From the IMG/VR virus record IMGVR_UViG_3300047560_001157: a stretch of 64,000 nt of DNA. One strand, written 5' to 3'. Positions 8,275-18,671 of this stretch are shown here, one piece after another (positions within the stretch are counted from its first letter, which is position 1; the number at the start of each line of letters is the position of its first letter). The DNA is from an uncultured virus (IMG/VR IMGVR_UViG_3300047560_001157). Taxonomy: Duplodnaviria; Heunggongvirae; Uroviricota; Caudoviricetes. A program made the translations under genes and the position numbers. The notes under the pieces were generated by a model. The model was not told the DNA's origin and searched no databases. It saw only the letters and a program-made list of their open reading frames with translations.

Positions 8275-9248
8275 CTATTTTAGTAACAGGTGGTTGTGGT
8301 CTTATTGGACACAATGTAGTAAGTCAGCTGGAGCAACTGGGCAAGCAAGTTGTTATTGCTGATACAAAAACAACTTACGGTATCATTCCACAGGATGAGA
8401 TTGATTACTTGATGACTGAAAGACGCAAGAGATTCACTTCGCCTATATACAGTGCCGACATTGAAAGCGACACCATGAGCTATCTGTGCCGCAAGCACAG
8501 CGTTGATACCATTGTACACATGGCCAGCTTTCCTAGACAAAAGGTTGTTAATGCTAATCCAAGGCTTGGCGCAAGAACCATGATGGAAGGCCTGCTGAAT
8601 CTACTGGAGTCAGCAAAAGAAAACAATGTAAAGAAATTTGTGTATATTTCTAGTTCAATGGTCTATGGTGACTTTGACAATGATGTTACAGAAAATGCAC
8701 CATGTAATCCAATTGGACAATATGGTATTATGAAACTTGCAGGAGAACACCTTGTTAAAGACTATGCTCGTCGTGGCTGTTTTGATTACACTATTATTCG
8801 CCCCTCTGCTGTATATGGCCCACTCGACGTGGAAGACCGGGTCGTTGCCAAATTTATGCTCACCGCAATGCGCGGAGGCACTCTTAATGTCAATGGTGCC
8901 GGCGAAACACTAGACTTTACCTACAGCGAAGATGCTGCCAAGGGCATTGTTGCCGCTACACTGGCTGAAACTGCAAATAATAAAACATACAACATCACCA
9001 AGAGTCATAGTGTCAGCTTGTTAGAAGCCGCTGAAAAGATTGTAAGCATTGTAGGACGTGGCACTATCAACGTGCGTGACAAAGATGCAGACTTTCCTAG
9101 CCGCGGGGCACTAAACATCAATGCCGCACGTGCAGACTTTGGCTTTGATCCGCAGGTGGATGTGGAAGAAGGCTTTCACAAATATCACGATTGGTTAAAG
9201 AACAGTACCTACTGGCAAAATAAACTAAATGAAGATTCCGTTCACTAA
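8271..9248 (+). CDS. NAD-dependent nucleotide-sugar epimerase/dehydratase (extended SDR)
   Basis: TGGCGLIG Rossmann motif, SSSMVYG, catalytic YGIMK (YxxxK) and VYGP. Confidence 0.9.
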   Translation: MTILVTGGCGLIGHNVVSQLEQLGKQVVIADTKTTYGIIPQDEIDYLMTERRKRFTSPIYSADIESDTMSYLCRKHSVDTIVHMASFPRQKVVNANPRLGARTMMEGLLNLLESAKENNVKKFVYISSSMVYGDFDNDVTENAPCNPIGQYGIMKLAGEHLVKDYARRGCFDYTIIRPSAVYGPLDVEDRVVAKFMLTAMRGGTLNVNGAGETLDFTYSEDAAKGIVAATLAETANNKTYNITKSHSVSLLEAAEKIVSIVGRGTINVRDKDADFPSRGALNINAARADFGFDPQVDVEEGFHKYHDWLKNSTYWQNKLNEDSVH

Positions 9249-10314
9249 TCTATTTCAACAGTATCTGGATTGTAAACCAGAAATTGATCGAGCTATTGCA
9301 GAAGTTATTGCCAGTAGCAGTTTCATTACAGGCCCAGATGTTAGCAAGTTTGAAACTGCATTTGCAAAATATGTAGGCGCCGAGGATTGTGCAAGCACAG
9401 GCTCGGGCACCACTGCATTACTATGCTCATTGAAGGCACTGGGTATTGGCCCAGGCGATGAAGTATTGACTACACCACATACGTTTGTTGCCACAACAGA
9501 AGCCATTGTCAGCGTGGGTGCTACTCCTGTGTTTGTGGACATTGATCCAGACACACATCTAATAGATCTAGTTAAGCTGGAATCAGCAATCACTGCCAAA
9601 ACTCGTGCTGTGTTGTTTGTATCCATATACGGACAAAACCCAGACATGGATGTGTTGCGAGATATTTGTAATCGTCACAAGATATTCATGGTAGAAGATG
9701 CCGCACACAGTCTAGGCAATACATTTCGTGGCAAGCCCATTGGTAGTCTAGCAGACATCACCTGCTTCTCATTCAATCCTGTCAAGAACCTGGGTGCAAT
9801 GGGTGATGCAGGTTGTGTTGTTGGTCCTAAGTATTACATGGATAGTGTACGCATGTATCGCGATCACGGACGCACAGGTCGTTACGACATTGTTGAAATA
9901 GGATACAATGCACGTATCGACAACATGCAGAGCAACATTGTGTTGGCCAAGCTGCCTAAACTGGCATCCTGGTTGGAACGCAAACGTAATATCTGTGCCT
10001 ACTACGATCGCAGACTTCACAAATTTGTTAAAACAGTAAAAATTCAACCTGGTAATGCACACAGTTACTATGTGTATGTGATACAAACTCCACGCAGAGA
10101 TGAATTAAAAGAATTCTTAGCCAGCAAAGGCATTGGAACCAACATACACTATGCAACCACAACTCATATGCAACCTGCGTATAAGCAATGGGCAACACCT
10201 TGCCCTGTGGCAGAACAGACTGTTAAAGAGATTCTAAGTTTGCCTTGCTGGCCCAGTATGAGCAATATTGAAATAGATTATGTAGCAGACAGCGTTGAGG
10301 AGTTCTTCAAATGA
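9229..10314 (+). CDS. DegT/DnrJ/EryC1/StrS-family PLP-dependent sugar aminotransferase
   Basis: SGTTAL, GIGPGDEV, GATPVFVDID, EDAAH, FSFNPVKNLGAMGDAG (PLP lysine) and LSLP. Confidence 0.93.
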   Translation: MKIPFTNLFQQYLDCKPEIDRAIAEVIASSSFITGPDVSKFETAFAKYVGAEDCASTGSGTTALLCSLKALGIGPGDEVLTTPHTFVATTEAIVSVGATPVFVDIDPDTHLIDLVKLESAITAKTRAVLFVSIYGQNPDMDVLRDICNRHKIFMVEDAAHSLGNTFRGKPIGSLADITCFSFNPVKNLGAMGDAGCVVGPKYYMDSVRMYRDHGRTGRYDIVEIGYNARIDNMQSNIVLAKLPKLASWLERKRNICAYYDRRLHKFVKTVKIQPGNAHSYYVYVIQTPRRDELKEFLASKGIGTNIHYATTTHMQPAYKQWATPCPVAEQTVKEILSLPCWPSMSNIEIDYVADSVEEFFK

Positions 10315-11204
10315 ACATGTGGTTGGTAGGTGCAGGCTACTGGGGTAGTAAACTATTAGATGATCTAAGCACACTAGGTGTTACTCCTAAAGTGATTGAT
10401 ATAAAGAATGGACAAAGCATAGAATCCATTACCACACTGGATCCAGTGATGCTGGCTACCCCGTTGTGGGAACATTTTGAGCAAGCCAAGTATCTATTGG
10501 CTCGCGGGCATGACTTGTATGTTGAAAAGCCACTGGCAGAGAATGCACCACAGATTGCAGAATTGTCAGGGCTGGTTAAACCTGGGCAGTTGCTCATGGT
10601 GGGACATTTGTTTGTACACCATCCACAACGAGCTGAAATCAAGGAATACATTCGTCAGGGCTGGATTGGTAAACTAAAACACATTTCCAGTCGTAGACTC
10701 AATTGGGGCATATATCAAACCCGTACAGATCCATTGCTGAGTCTAGCTGTACACGATATCAGCATTGTCCAACAGTTTGTAACTGAACGCATGACTGTGG
10801 ATTCTGTACAGACCTGGGACTACAGTAACAATCCAAAGAAGGATCGCTACCGCTTCAATGGTCATGCAGGCGACATAAGTTATGATATTGACGTGAGCTG
10901 GCACTGGCCTGTGCGTACACGTGAAACTATTTTCATGGGAACACAAGGACAGATTGTGTGGAATCAAGATACCAATGTGATCAAAGTATTGCGTAACAAG
11001 ATAGTAAAGAATCGCGCAGTCGCAGACGAAAAACCTATTTCAATCAACTACGGATATGAATTATCACCGTTGACCACAGAACTCAAACACTGGGTCGACT
11101 GCGTTTCCAATCGCTCTGCGCCTCTAACAAATTTGAATCAAGCATTGCAGGTGGCGTTGATAACCGACCAGGTTCGCCATAAAGCTCAACAAAATAATTC
11201 TTGA
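10311..11204 (+). CDS. Gfo/Idh/MocA-family NAD-dependent oxidoreductase (WlbA/WbpB/GnnA-like)
   Basis: VGAGYWG, ATP...H, YVEKP, LMVGH and LAVHD; coupled to the aminotransferase. Confidence 0.85.
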   Translation: MNMWLVGAGYWGSKLLDDLSTLGVTPKVIDIKNGQSIESITTLDPVMLATPLWEHFEQAKYLLARGHDLYVEKPLAENAPQIAELSGLVKPGQLLMVGHLFVHHPQRAEIKEYIRQGWIGKLKHISSRRLNWGIYQTRTDPLLSLAVHDISIVQQFVTERMTVDSVQTWDYSNNPKKDRYRFNGHAGDISYDIDVSWHWPVRTRETIFMGTQGQIVWNQDTNVIKVLRNKIVKNRAVADEKPISINYGYELSPLTTELKHWVDCVSNRSAPLTNLNQALQVALITDQVRHKAQQNNS

Positions 11205-12507
11205 GCCAGTCCCAACGAAACATCTGTTTAAGAGCACCGTGGTCCATTAGGTGTTCATCATAATACGCGATACCGTCTTTGGCGCCACGAATTACCCATT
11301 CAGCATAAGGACCTTGTGCGTGTGTTTGCCATACCTTTAGTCTATAGAATGTTTCAACACATTTGTTATCAAGATACCACTGTACCAGTTTGGCAGTTTC
11401 TCTAAATGCTGTGCGCCATGCACGATATGGATCTGTAGCAAACTCCCCGTACACACTGGTAATAGGAATGCTTTCTGTATCAAAACTCATGGTATAGTCT
11501 AGACCGTTGATCTCATCCCAGGGCTTGGAATTCAACACAGTATCTTTATGATACAGAATAATACCCATGTGTCCATAACACAACCCATTGCTGGTGTTTA
11601 GTGCATTGAAGATATAGTGCTTGGGTGCTTGCCAGCGATCTGGTACAAAAGAAAAGTCCCAGTCTTCATGTAATCTGGTTTTGGCAAAGGTAGCAAAAAA
11701 CCAAGGTGTGGTACTTGCTTCAGCTGCCGCACGTAATGCGTTCTCCATTCCTTCAACACCATGCACCCGTCTTGCATTTGGAAAACGGTTAACCAAAATT
11801 TCATAGTTGTCATCTGCTTGTGGTTCGTCATAGCTGATAAACACAATGTCTTGTTTTTGGCTAGGAACTTGACGTCTACGCTGTAGATTCTCGTAGTCAT
11901 ATACTTGCACACTACTCTTGAGGTAGAGGCTTAATTTTGTATGCCTTGGCACAAGATTCACGCTGTTATCCTGTGCAAAACTAATCAATTCATGGTGTTT
12001 TGCACCCCACAAGGCAGGCTCTATAAACGTATCTGGCAGTTGATTGTTTCCCGAAATGAACCAGCAGTACTCACTACCAATGTCCATATCCTTTATAGAT
12101 TGTGTCAGGTCGTGGTCGCCAATAAAGAATGCGGGCCACGGATGTCTGTTTGGACCAGGTATATGATAGTTAACATCATGAAACCATTCCAACTGTTCTG
12201 GTGCTTGTTTTTTGAGTTCGTCTATGGGCACCAGCAGTATGTCTCCGTACTTTTGAGTTCCTGCCGCCCATACGTGTATTTGGTTTTCTTCCCAAGGGGC
12301 AGGCACATAGTTAAAGTCAAAGTTTTTACAATCGCTACAGGACAACACAATCCATACATGACTGGTACGTGCGTATTCAATACAACGTATCACTGTGGAA
12401 AACATGCTTCTATAGAAACGAGTTGTGCGAGCATGAGGATACTGTGTATTCAACTGCTCTACAAGATGTTCGTCACTGCCAAGAGATACTATACACATAT
12501 CATACAT
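11083..12507 (-). CDS. glycosyltransferase-like protein, paralog of 20018-20932, lacking the DxD motif
   Basis: GGAG SD before MYDMC (12507). C-terminal half DIVFISYDEP...RRVHGVEG...NGLCYG...PYRAWRTAFRE aligns by eye with 20018-20932. Confidence 0.55.
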   Translation of the reverse strand: MYDMCIVSLGSDEHLVEQLNTQYPHARTTRFYRSMFSTVIRCIEYARTSHVWIVLSCSDCKNFDFNYVPAPWEENQIHVWAAGTQKYGDILLVPIDELKKQAPEQLEWFHDVNYHIPGPNRHPWPAFFIGDHDLTQSIKDMDIGSEYCWFISGNNQLPDTFIEPALWGAKHHELISFAQDNSVNLVPRHTKLSLYLKSSVQVYDYENLQRRRQVPSQKQDIVFISYDEPQADDNYEILVNRFPNARRVHGVEGMENALRAAAEASTTPWFFATFAKTRLHEDWDFSFVPDRWQAPKHYIFNALNTSNGLCYGHMGIILYHKDTVLNSKPWDEINGLDYTMSFDTESIPITSVYGEFATDPYRAWRTAFRETAKLVQWYLDNKCVETFYRLKVWQTHAQGPYAEWVIRGAKDGIAYYDEHLMDHGALKQMFRWDWLKNYFVELYGEPGRLSTPPAMLDSNLLEAQSDWKRSRPSV

Positions 12508-13567
12508 CTTGATCTCTCCAGGTATAGTTGTAGTCGATCTTTGTGCTACCGCATTCAATTGATTGAATGTTTAGGTGCTGTTCCAGTATTCGCCAGACTT
12601 CTGCAGGATTTTCTGTGCCAAAGGATTTTAATATTTCCACTTGTCCAATTGGTGCGTAACCTAAACATAGATTTTCGTCATTGATATCAAACTGGTTATC
12701 AGCCAACCATTGACGGAAATCCTGCATCTGTTTGTCATGCCAGGGAAACTGTCCTTCAAGTAGATCTCGTCCCCATTCAATATCAAACTCGCCACTGTAG
12801 TATTTGAGATGTGTAATAGCTTCGCAGGTGGCAGTATCCAGCTTGGGTGCGTGTTCGTCGCGAAACACTTCAAACAGAGTTTTGCCTATTTGTGCCCAGT
12901 GCATGTAGACTTCGCCGAATCTTTTATTGTACGCATTCTGTTTGAACAACTGCTTGTGCTGTGATGTTAGTTCATAACGAGGTGCGCTGTGAAATGTTGT
13001 AATCTGACTTGGGCGTGTCCATTCAGGCAATAGCACGTGTTTTCTATAGCTTAGTATTAAACTTTCAATCTCATGACATACTGTGTTAAGATGTCCAATG
13101 GCTCTGCGTACATTGAAAGGAGCGTGTTTGTGATATGCACTTTCATTTTCAACTGTGCCCTGCAGCCTTTCAAAGTGATTGTGTATGCGATTCAGTATAT
13201 CGTGCTTGACGCTTAAAAACAAACTGCTGTCACTCATGCCCGGAGGCTTTGGGTACTCAGGTCCAAATCTTACTGCGTCTGGAACAAAGTGTTCTTCAAT
13301 CACATAAGGTTCTAGTCCGTATTGTTGCCAGTCGTGTAGGTTTATTTCTCTAATGGCATGGTTTAGTTTATTACACAAAAAGTCTAGGTCTCTTGGTGTG
13401 TTGGGAAAACCCAAGAAACAAAAGTTCTTGTTAAGCGTGAGCCCAGCTTTGAGTATGTTTTCTAATGCAACCAGCCAGTCACGTGCAAGCTGATTGTCAT
13501 GCGCTTTTATGGTGTAGTCAATGGTGCCGGTGTCGCTACTTAAAACTATTCTAACATCATGCATCAA
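12500..13567 (-). CDS. hypothetical protein (355 aa) within the radical SAM cluster
   Basis: Long ORF overlapping both neighbours; His/Glu-rich segments HNHFE and CHEIE; no family recognised. Confidence 0.75.
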   Translation of the reverse strand: MMHDVRIVLSSDTGTIDYTIKAHDNQLARDWLVALENILKAGLTLNKNFCFLGFPNTPRDLDFLCNKLNHAIREINLHDWQQYGLEPYVIEEHFVPDAVRFGPEYPKPPGMSDSSLFLSVKHDILNRIHNHFERLQGTVENESAYHKHAPFNVRRAIGHLNTVCHEIESLILSYRKHVLLPEWTRPSQITTFHSAPRYELTSQHKQLFKQNAYNKRFGEVYMHWAQIGKTLFEVFRDEHAPKLDTATCEAITHLKYYSGEFDIEWGRDLLEGQFPWHDKQMQDFRQWLADNQFDINDENLCLGYAPIGQVEILKSFGTENPAEVWRILEQHLNIQSIECGSTKIDYNYTWRDQDV

Positions 13568-14852
13568 TGCTTCTCCACCATTTGTGTACTTCTGGTCTTT
13601 GCTCTAATATCTTGTCCATTGTGATTGGCTGTGTGCGTATGCTTTCTAATTGTAACATACGTTGTTTTCCTTTTACAATGGCTTCGTTGTATGAGTCAGG
13701 CCATTGTTCAGCAAAGGTTGGTCTAGTTTTTAACTGGACCATCGTGTCACGTAGTGCGCCTTTATCAATGACGTGCAAGATTTCATCTACCCATTCATCC
13801 AATAGATGTCTGGGTAGTGCCAGCGGTGACATAACAATGTCCGGGCTAAAACTAAACACAACCTTTGCTAAAACATCTACGTCTAGTTCTCGTGCTAGAC
13901 GTTGTATATTTTCTACTTCAAACATGCCAGGCAAAGTAAGAGTAAAATCCAATCTCATTTGTCTGCGGTGCTGTTTTATTTCCAGTCCTTGTTTGAAGTT
14001 GTCTAACCATTGTTCGTAGTTTAATCCTGTGCGGATGTATTCGCCAATGGCGCCGGTTCCGTCGATACTCGCACATATCTGCCAATCTCGTAACCCAGAC
14101 AAAATATCTTTATAGAGATTCCAACCGTGATAAGAAACACGGCTAAGATTAGTATTATATCTAGCATAAACTTTGTGTCCATCTCCTAGTTCAATGATAC
14201 GGCGCATGTATTTCCAATGTTGTTCGTACATCAATGGTTCGCCACCAACCCAATAGACTTCTTCTACACGATGTTCTTCAACTGCACGTGCAAATTCTTG
14301 TTCAACAATGGTATCTTGAAACTGTGATATTTCTTTTCTCACTGCTGGTTGCATCCATGCATTTTTAGGATTAGTATGATCAATCATGTTGTGCTGGCGC
14401 TGTTCACTTTCCCAGGCACTGCTCAACATGTCGCCACACATGCGACATTTGAAATTGCAAAGGTTACTAAAACGATAGTCCCAGCTTACAGGCAACATGG
14501 TTGTTGTGCCGTCTGCGGCGGTGGATTCAATTACTTCATCCCATTTGTGACTAAACAATTGATTAAAGTAATCTCTATACACAGATGTATTCAACAGTTT
14601 GTCATTGCATACTTCGCACTCTGGTAGTGTTTCGCCGGCCATCATTCTACGTCTAACGGATTGCATGTGCTCACCGTTCCAGTGTTCGTCCAGTGTGATA
14701 GGTATGTATCGGCCAGTGCCGGCACTGGTGTCAATATACTGTTGAAAGTTCTGTGCAGGTTCGCGACTTGCACAACACATTCTACGTTCAGTCTGAGGAC
14801 TTAGGTATGTGTGTACCCATGGTGCCATGCAAAGATTCTTAGGCTTGTCCAT
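13557..14852 (-). CDS. radical SAM enzyme with N-terminal SPASM/twitch-like domain
   Basis: CNFKCRMC (CX3CX2C), GGEP, YNTN, SIDG and EYIR; N-terminal CMAPW..CC..CEVC. Confidence 0.9.
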   Translation of the reverse strand: MDKPKNLCMAPWVHTYLSPQTERRMCCASREPAQNFQQYIDTSAGTGRYIPITLDEHWNGEHMQSVRRRMMAGETLPECEVCNDKLLNTSVYRDYFNQLFSHKWDEVIESTAADGTTTMLPVSWDYRFSNLCNFKCRMCGDMLSSAWESEQRQHNMIDHTNPKNAWMQPAVRKEISQFQDTIVEQEFARAVEEHRVEEVYWVGGEPLMYEQHWKYMRRIIELGDGHKVYARYNTNLSRVSYHGWNLYKDILSGLRDWQICASIDGTGAIGEYIRTGLNYEQWLDNFKQGLEIKQHRRQMRLDFTLTLPGMFEVENIQRLARELDVDVLAKVVFSFSPDIVMSPLALPRHLLDEWVDEILHVIDKGALRDTMVQLKTRPTFAEQWPDSYNEAIVKGKQRMLQLESIRTQPITMDKILEQRPEVHKWWRSIDA

Positions 14853-16056
14853 AACCCATTGCCTTGGCTATTTCTGGATGTGTATCTACAAAGTTCTGTT
14901 TTCTGTATGCATCCATTTTTTTCATACGTGACACAAACTCTTGTCCATCACTGCCAGGACCTTGTTCTATAAAATTAATCACGTTTTGTATTTCATTTTT
15001 ATAAAAGTTAGTTCTCCAGTCAACAGACTTTAGTTTATCCAGCACCAGTGCTTTTGCATTGGGTGTCATGTACTGAATGTTCATATGGTCTGGACTGTGC
15101 AACATGTTAAAATAGATACTGCCAAAGGGTTTGGTATCTGCCCAGGTCAGTAGCTCATCTATATAGTAAACATTTTGAATGTTGATAGTAAAACACAGTT
15201 GCGTGGTAATGTTGGGTGCATGAGACTGTTTAGCAGAATGCACATCGTCAATGATCTTGTTTGCTAGACTCCACTTGGCACCGTATCTTTCAACTTCAAA
15301 ACGATCATGCACGTTGTCTATACTGAAAGCAATATCCACACGACCAAAATGATTCCATACCAGTGTGTGCTCACCTAGCTCTACCGTAGCATTGGTGTTG
15401 TAGTGTATGTCTATGTGATTGCTGTGACCTTCTTCAACTGCAAACTTCAGCAACTCCCAATGCTCTTGTATGAGCCAGGGCTCACCGCCTGTGAATTCTA
15501 TATACTTGATGTTGGGCAATAGACTTTTTAAGTTATCCCAAAATGTCAGTGTGGTGCGTGGCCATGCACCTTGTTTGAGCCAACGATATGCGCTGTGCTG
15601 TTTCTTGTCTCCGTGAGCTGAAGTTTTCATATCTTCTTCAGCCCATTTACTACTGCTCCAACTGCCGCATATACGACATTTTAGATTACAGATGTTGCCC
15701 AGCTTGAGATCCAAGAACCATAGTTGATTGGGTTTTTCATTGTACCAATCAATCTTGCTTTCTAAGTGGTGCAGTCTACGCTGACTGTGAATGCGTTTGC
15801 TGTCTTTGCCTGCACGTTCCTCGGTCCAGCATCTACTGCAAGTAGCAGGTTGTTCTCCTGCGAGAAACTGTTTGCGTAGGTTTTGCATGTACTGACTGTT
15901 GTAAGCATCTTCCAGTGTGGAGGTCAGCAGGTCGTACCTAGTACCATCATCATCAACGATTTCATCCTGTGCAAGACAGCACGGACGTATTGTTCCAATT
16001 GGACTGGCTTCAATGCTGATCCAAGGCAACATGCATATGGTTTTAGGTAATGTCAT
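14839..16056 (-). CDS. radical SAM enzyme with N-terminal SPASM/twitch-like domain
   Basis: CNLKCRIC, TGGEP and YNTN; N-terminal CMLPW..PCC..CSRCW. Confidence 0.9.
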   Translation of the reverse strand: MTLPKTICMLPWISIEASPIGTIRPCCLAQDEIVDDDGTRYDLLTSTLEDAYNSQYMQNLRKQFLAGEQPATCSRCWTEERAGKDSKRIHSQRRLHHLESKIDWYNEKPNQLWFLDLKLGNICNLKCRICGSWSSSKWAEEDMKTSAHGDKKQHSAYRWLKQGAWPRTTLTFWDNLKSLLPNIKYIEFTGGEPWLIQEHWELLKFAVEEGHSNHIDIHYNTNATVELGEHTLVWNHFGRVDIAFSIDNVHDRFEVERYGAKWSLANKIIDDVHSAKQSHAPNITTQLCFTINIQNVYYIDELLTWADTKPFGSIYFNMLHSPDHMNIQYMTPNAKALVLDKLKSVDWRTNFYKNEIQNVINFIEQGPGSDGQEFVSRMKKMDAYRKQNFVDTHPEIAKAMGYGQA

Positions 16057-17350
16057 ATTTTCTCAAACCTGCAAGCTCAGGGAATGTATCGTAAAAGTTT
16101 TCTCCACGCAGGTTATCTAACTCGTGTGTGCGTTTGAAAAATTCTTTGATGTATTTTTCAGTCTGGTCCTCGGCATCCATAAAACTTATCAGTCCATTGA
16201 ATCCGCTGGTAGCACGTGTGAGTTTGTCCTGTGGTGTTAGCCACTCCACATGCTCTTTGACTTTTTGTCGTATCTGGTCTTTGATTTCTTTGGGCAACAC
16301 ATCCACACGATACCACTCTGGGCTTTGTAGAATGTTGATGTTGATATCCTGTGGTTTGATCAATCCTAAATCAATCCATTCGCGATGAAAGTCTACAACG
16401 TGAAATGCATTAAAAATACTAACTGTGGCACTGATGTAAAAGTCCACGTTTGGACACACGGCCAACATGCGTTTTCTGTTTTCTACAATTTCTTCCCAGT
16501 CTGTACCTTTGCGAATGTACTCTGCACGACTGCCGCTGGCATCAAGACTTGCACCAACGCTGACTGATCTAAACTTCTTCCACAGTTCAAGTACGTCTTG
16601 GTCTTTATAGGCCAGTTTGCTAAAATTTGAATTGTAGATCAATCGCACATGAAACATTTCACGTTTGACCAGCTCATTGAGCAAGCGATAGTGTTCTTCC
16701 ATGATCAAGGGTTCGCCACCAGCAAAGTAGATTTGTTCTAGATGCGGAATATGCTCTTGCATCTGTTCCCACATGTCTTCTTCATGGCGACCAGCATACA
16801 TGATTCTTGGCTGGCGCTTTGGTCCAAACAACTTTACTTCATCGTTGTACCAGTTACTGCTGAAAATGCTACCACAACTGCGGCAACGGAAATTGCACAC
16901 ATTAGAAAAACGTATATCATAGTAGCGCAGTTCAAACCAATCCAAACTACCATCTTCATTTGTAGTATCTACAAGGCCAATGTTGTGTCCAAAGTTTTGA
17001 CTGCTACTGTGACGCATACTAACAAAGCCTGCTTTTTCCTGCTCATAGCAACGACCACACTCTCTGCTGGGTTTGCCATTAAGCATGTTTACACGCATCT
17101 TTCGCATGCCTTCGCTATTCCAGACTTCCTTCATTGTGTGTTCTTTTAGGTTGCCAATAGGCATATTGTACTCGCCCATACAGCAAGGATACGCACGACC
17201 ATCAGGAAAGGCGTGCATGTGCAACCATGGTATCATGCAAAAGTGTTTGTCTGTAGTCAGCAGGTCTTGATGCCGTTCCGGCATGTTGTGAAAGTCTCCA
17301 CGAATAGGAATTCGTGTGTTGTATGTGTAGTCCTTAGGGTATTTGCTCAT
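16043..17350 (-). CDS. radical SAM enzyme with N-terminal SPASM/twitch-like domain
   Basis: CNFRCRSC, AGGEP, YNSN and EYIR; N-terminal CMIPW..PCC..CGRC. Confidence 0.9.
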   Translation of the reverse strand: MSKYPKDYTYNTRIPIRGDFHNMPERHQDLLTTDKHFCMIPWLHMHAFPDGRAYPCCMGEYNMPIGNLKEHTMKEVWNSEGMRKMRVNMLNGKPSRECGRCYEQEKAGFVSMRHSSSQNFGHNIGLVDTTNEDGSLDWFELRYYDIRFSNVCNFRCRSCGSIFSSNWYNDEVKLFGPKRQPRIMYAGRHEEDMWEQMQEHIPHLEQIYFAGGEPLIMEEHYRLLNELVKREMFHVRLIYNSNFSKLAYKDQDVLELWKKFRSVSVGASLDASGSRAEYIRKGTDWEEIVENRKRMLAVCPNVDFYISATVSIFNAFHVVDFHREWIDLGLIKPQDININILQSPEWYRVDVLPKEIKDQIRQKVKEHVEWLTPQDKLTRATSGFNGLISFMDAEDQTEKYIKEFFKRTHELDNLRGENFYDTFPELAGLRKYDIT

Positions 17351-18671
17351 AGAATTCCTTAAACTCAGGGAAAGTATCTATAAAGTTCTTTCCTCTGCGT
17401 TGATCGTATTGTGTGTAAAACTGTTTGAAATCGTTACGCATTCTTGCCAAGTCAGGCCCCACAACTGGCTCTTGCAAATAGTCATGCAAGCGAGTCAGCT
17501 GATTGATTTCATGCTCGTGTAGCAGGCTATCGCCTTTGTAATCAACTATGAATCCTGCAATGCTTTTTGCATACCACTTGCGGTCTTCTAGTGGTAATAC
17601 ATACACACTCTGGAAACTCGGAAAGCGCAAGATATTGAAACTCATGCTAGGAAAGTCTCTACCATATGTTTTCTTCAATGCCATCATGTAAGACAAGAAC
17701 ACAGGTAATCCAGGCAAGCACAATGCGTTGATGGTACACATAACATGGAGACCACGTATGCCGCTTTGTGCAATCTTTTCTACATTGTCTAGCCATGCTT
17801 TCCAATCTAGGCCATCACGTATGTACTCTGCGTGTAGGCCAATTGATTCGCAACTAGTATAGATATCTAGCTCAATGCCCTGTGTTGACGCTAACAAACG
17901 GTCAACGTCCACTTCCTTGCCAAGGTTTGTGTTAATGGCTAGCCGTGTTTGGCTTTGTCCTTGGTTTTGTTTGAACCAGTCAATGAGTTGCCAGGTGTGT
18001 CCTGACATGAGTGGTTCTCCTCCAGTGATTCGGAGTTCTTTAAGACTCTTGTGGAGGTCTGATTCCCACCACTGGAAAAAAGCCTCCACATACGGATTAG
18101 TCTCACCGAATTTATAAAGTTGACTATGATCATGAGGGTGAGTGTAATGATTGCGCCCGTCTGATACCAAGTTAGTGTAGGGTCCGTTTTTACGTATGTC
18201 ATTAACCCAAGTACTACTAAAAGCAGGGTTACAATAACTGCAAGCAAACTGACAAGTTCTGTCAAAAGCAATTTCCAACGTGCGAAGGTTGACATTGTCT
18301 GTGGCTGGTTTTGTGTAAGCATTTTCTAAATCCTCATCTGAGTGTATTACTGTTTTGTACACACGGTCGGATATTGCATCCTTGTCCATGTCTTCAATCT
18401 TCCAGCAGTAGTCACAGCCTGCTGGTCGTTCGCCCCGTTGCATTTGCTCACGCTCAAATTTCTTTCTGGGCGTGTTGTGAATAGCACTGGGATTTGTTTT
18501 GATCTCTTCCGGATCAATTGCATGTGGCAATGGATGGTGACAACTGGTTGTCTGTCCACTGCCTAGCCAGATGGTAGCATTGTACCACTTGGCACCACAG
18601 AATGATTCACTCTTGATGTCAATCACTCTGCGTTTGTATTCTAAGTCTGTTTCGTTATTCTGTTTCGGCAT
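17334..18671 (-). CDS. radical SAM enzyme (second subfamily; His-containing N-terminal domain)
   Basis: CQFACSYC, TGGEP, NTN and EYIR; N-terminal CGAKW..SCHHP..CDYCW. Start taken at MPKQ 18671 (track start 18698). Confidence 0.88.
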   Translation of the reverse strand: MPKQNNETDLEYKRRVIDIKSESFCGAKWYNATIWLGSGQTTSCHHPLPHAIDPEEIKTNPSAIHNTPRKKFEREQMQRGERPAGCDYCWKIEDMDKDAISDRVYKTVIHSDEDLENAYTKPATDNVNLRTLEIAFDRTCQFACSYCNPAFSSTWVNDIRKNGPYTNLVSDGRNHYTHPHDHSQLYKFGETNPYVEAFFQWWESDLHKSLKELRITGGEPLMSGHTWQLIDWFKQNQGQSQTRLAINTNLGKEVDVDRLLASTQGIELDIYTSCESIGLHAEYIRDGLDWKAWLDNVEKIAQSGIRGLHVMCTINALCLPGLPVFLSYMMALKKTYGRDFPSMSFNILRFPSFQSVYVLPLEDRKWYAKSIAGFIVDYKGDSLLHEHEINQLTRLHDYLQEPVVGPDLARMRNDFKQFYTQYDQRRGKNFIDTFPEFKEFYEQIP

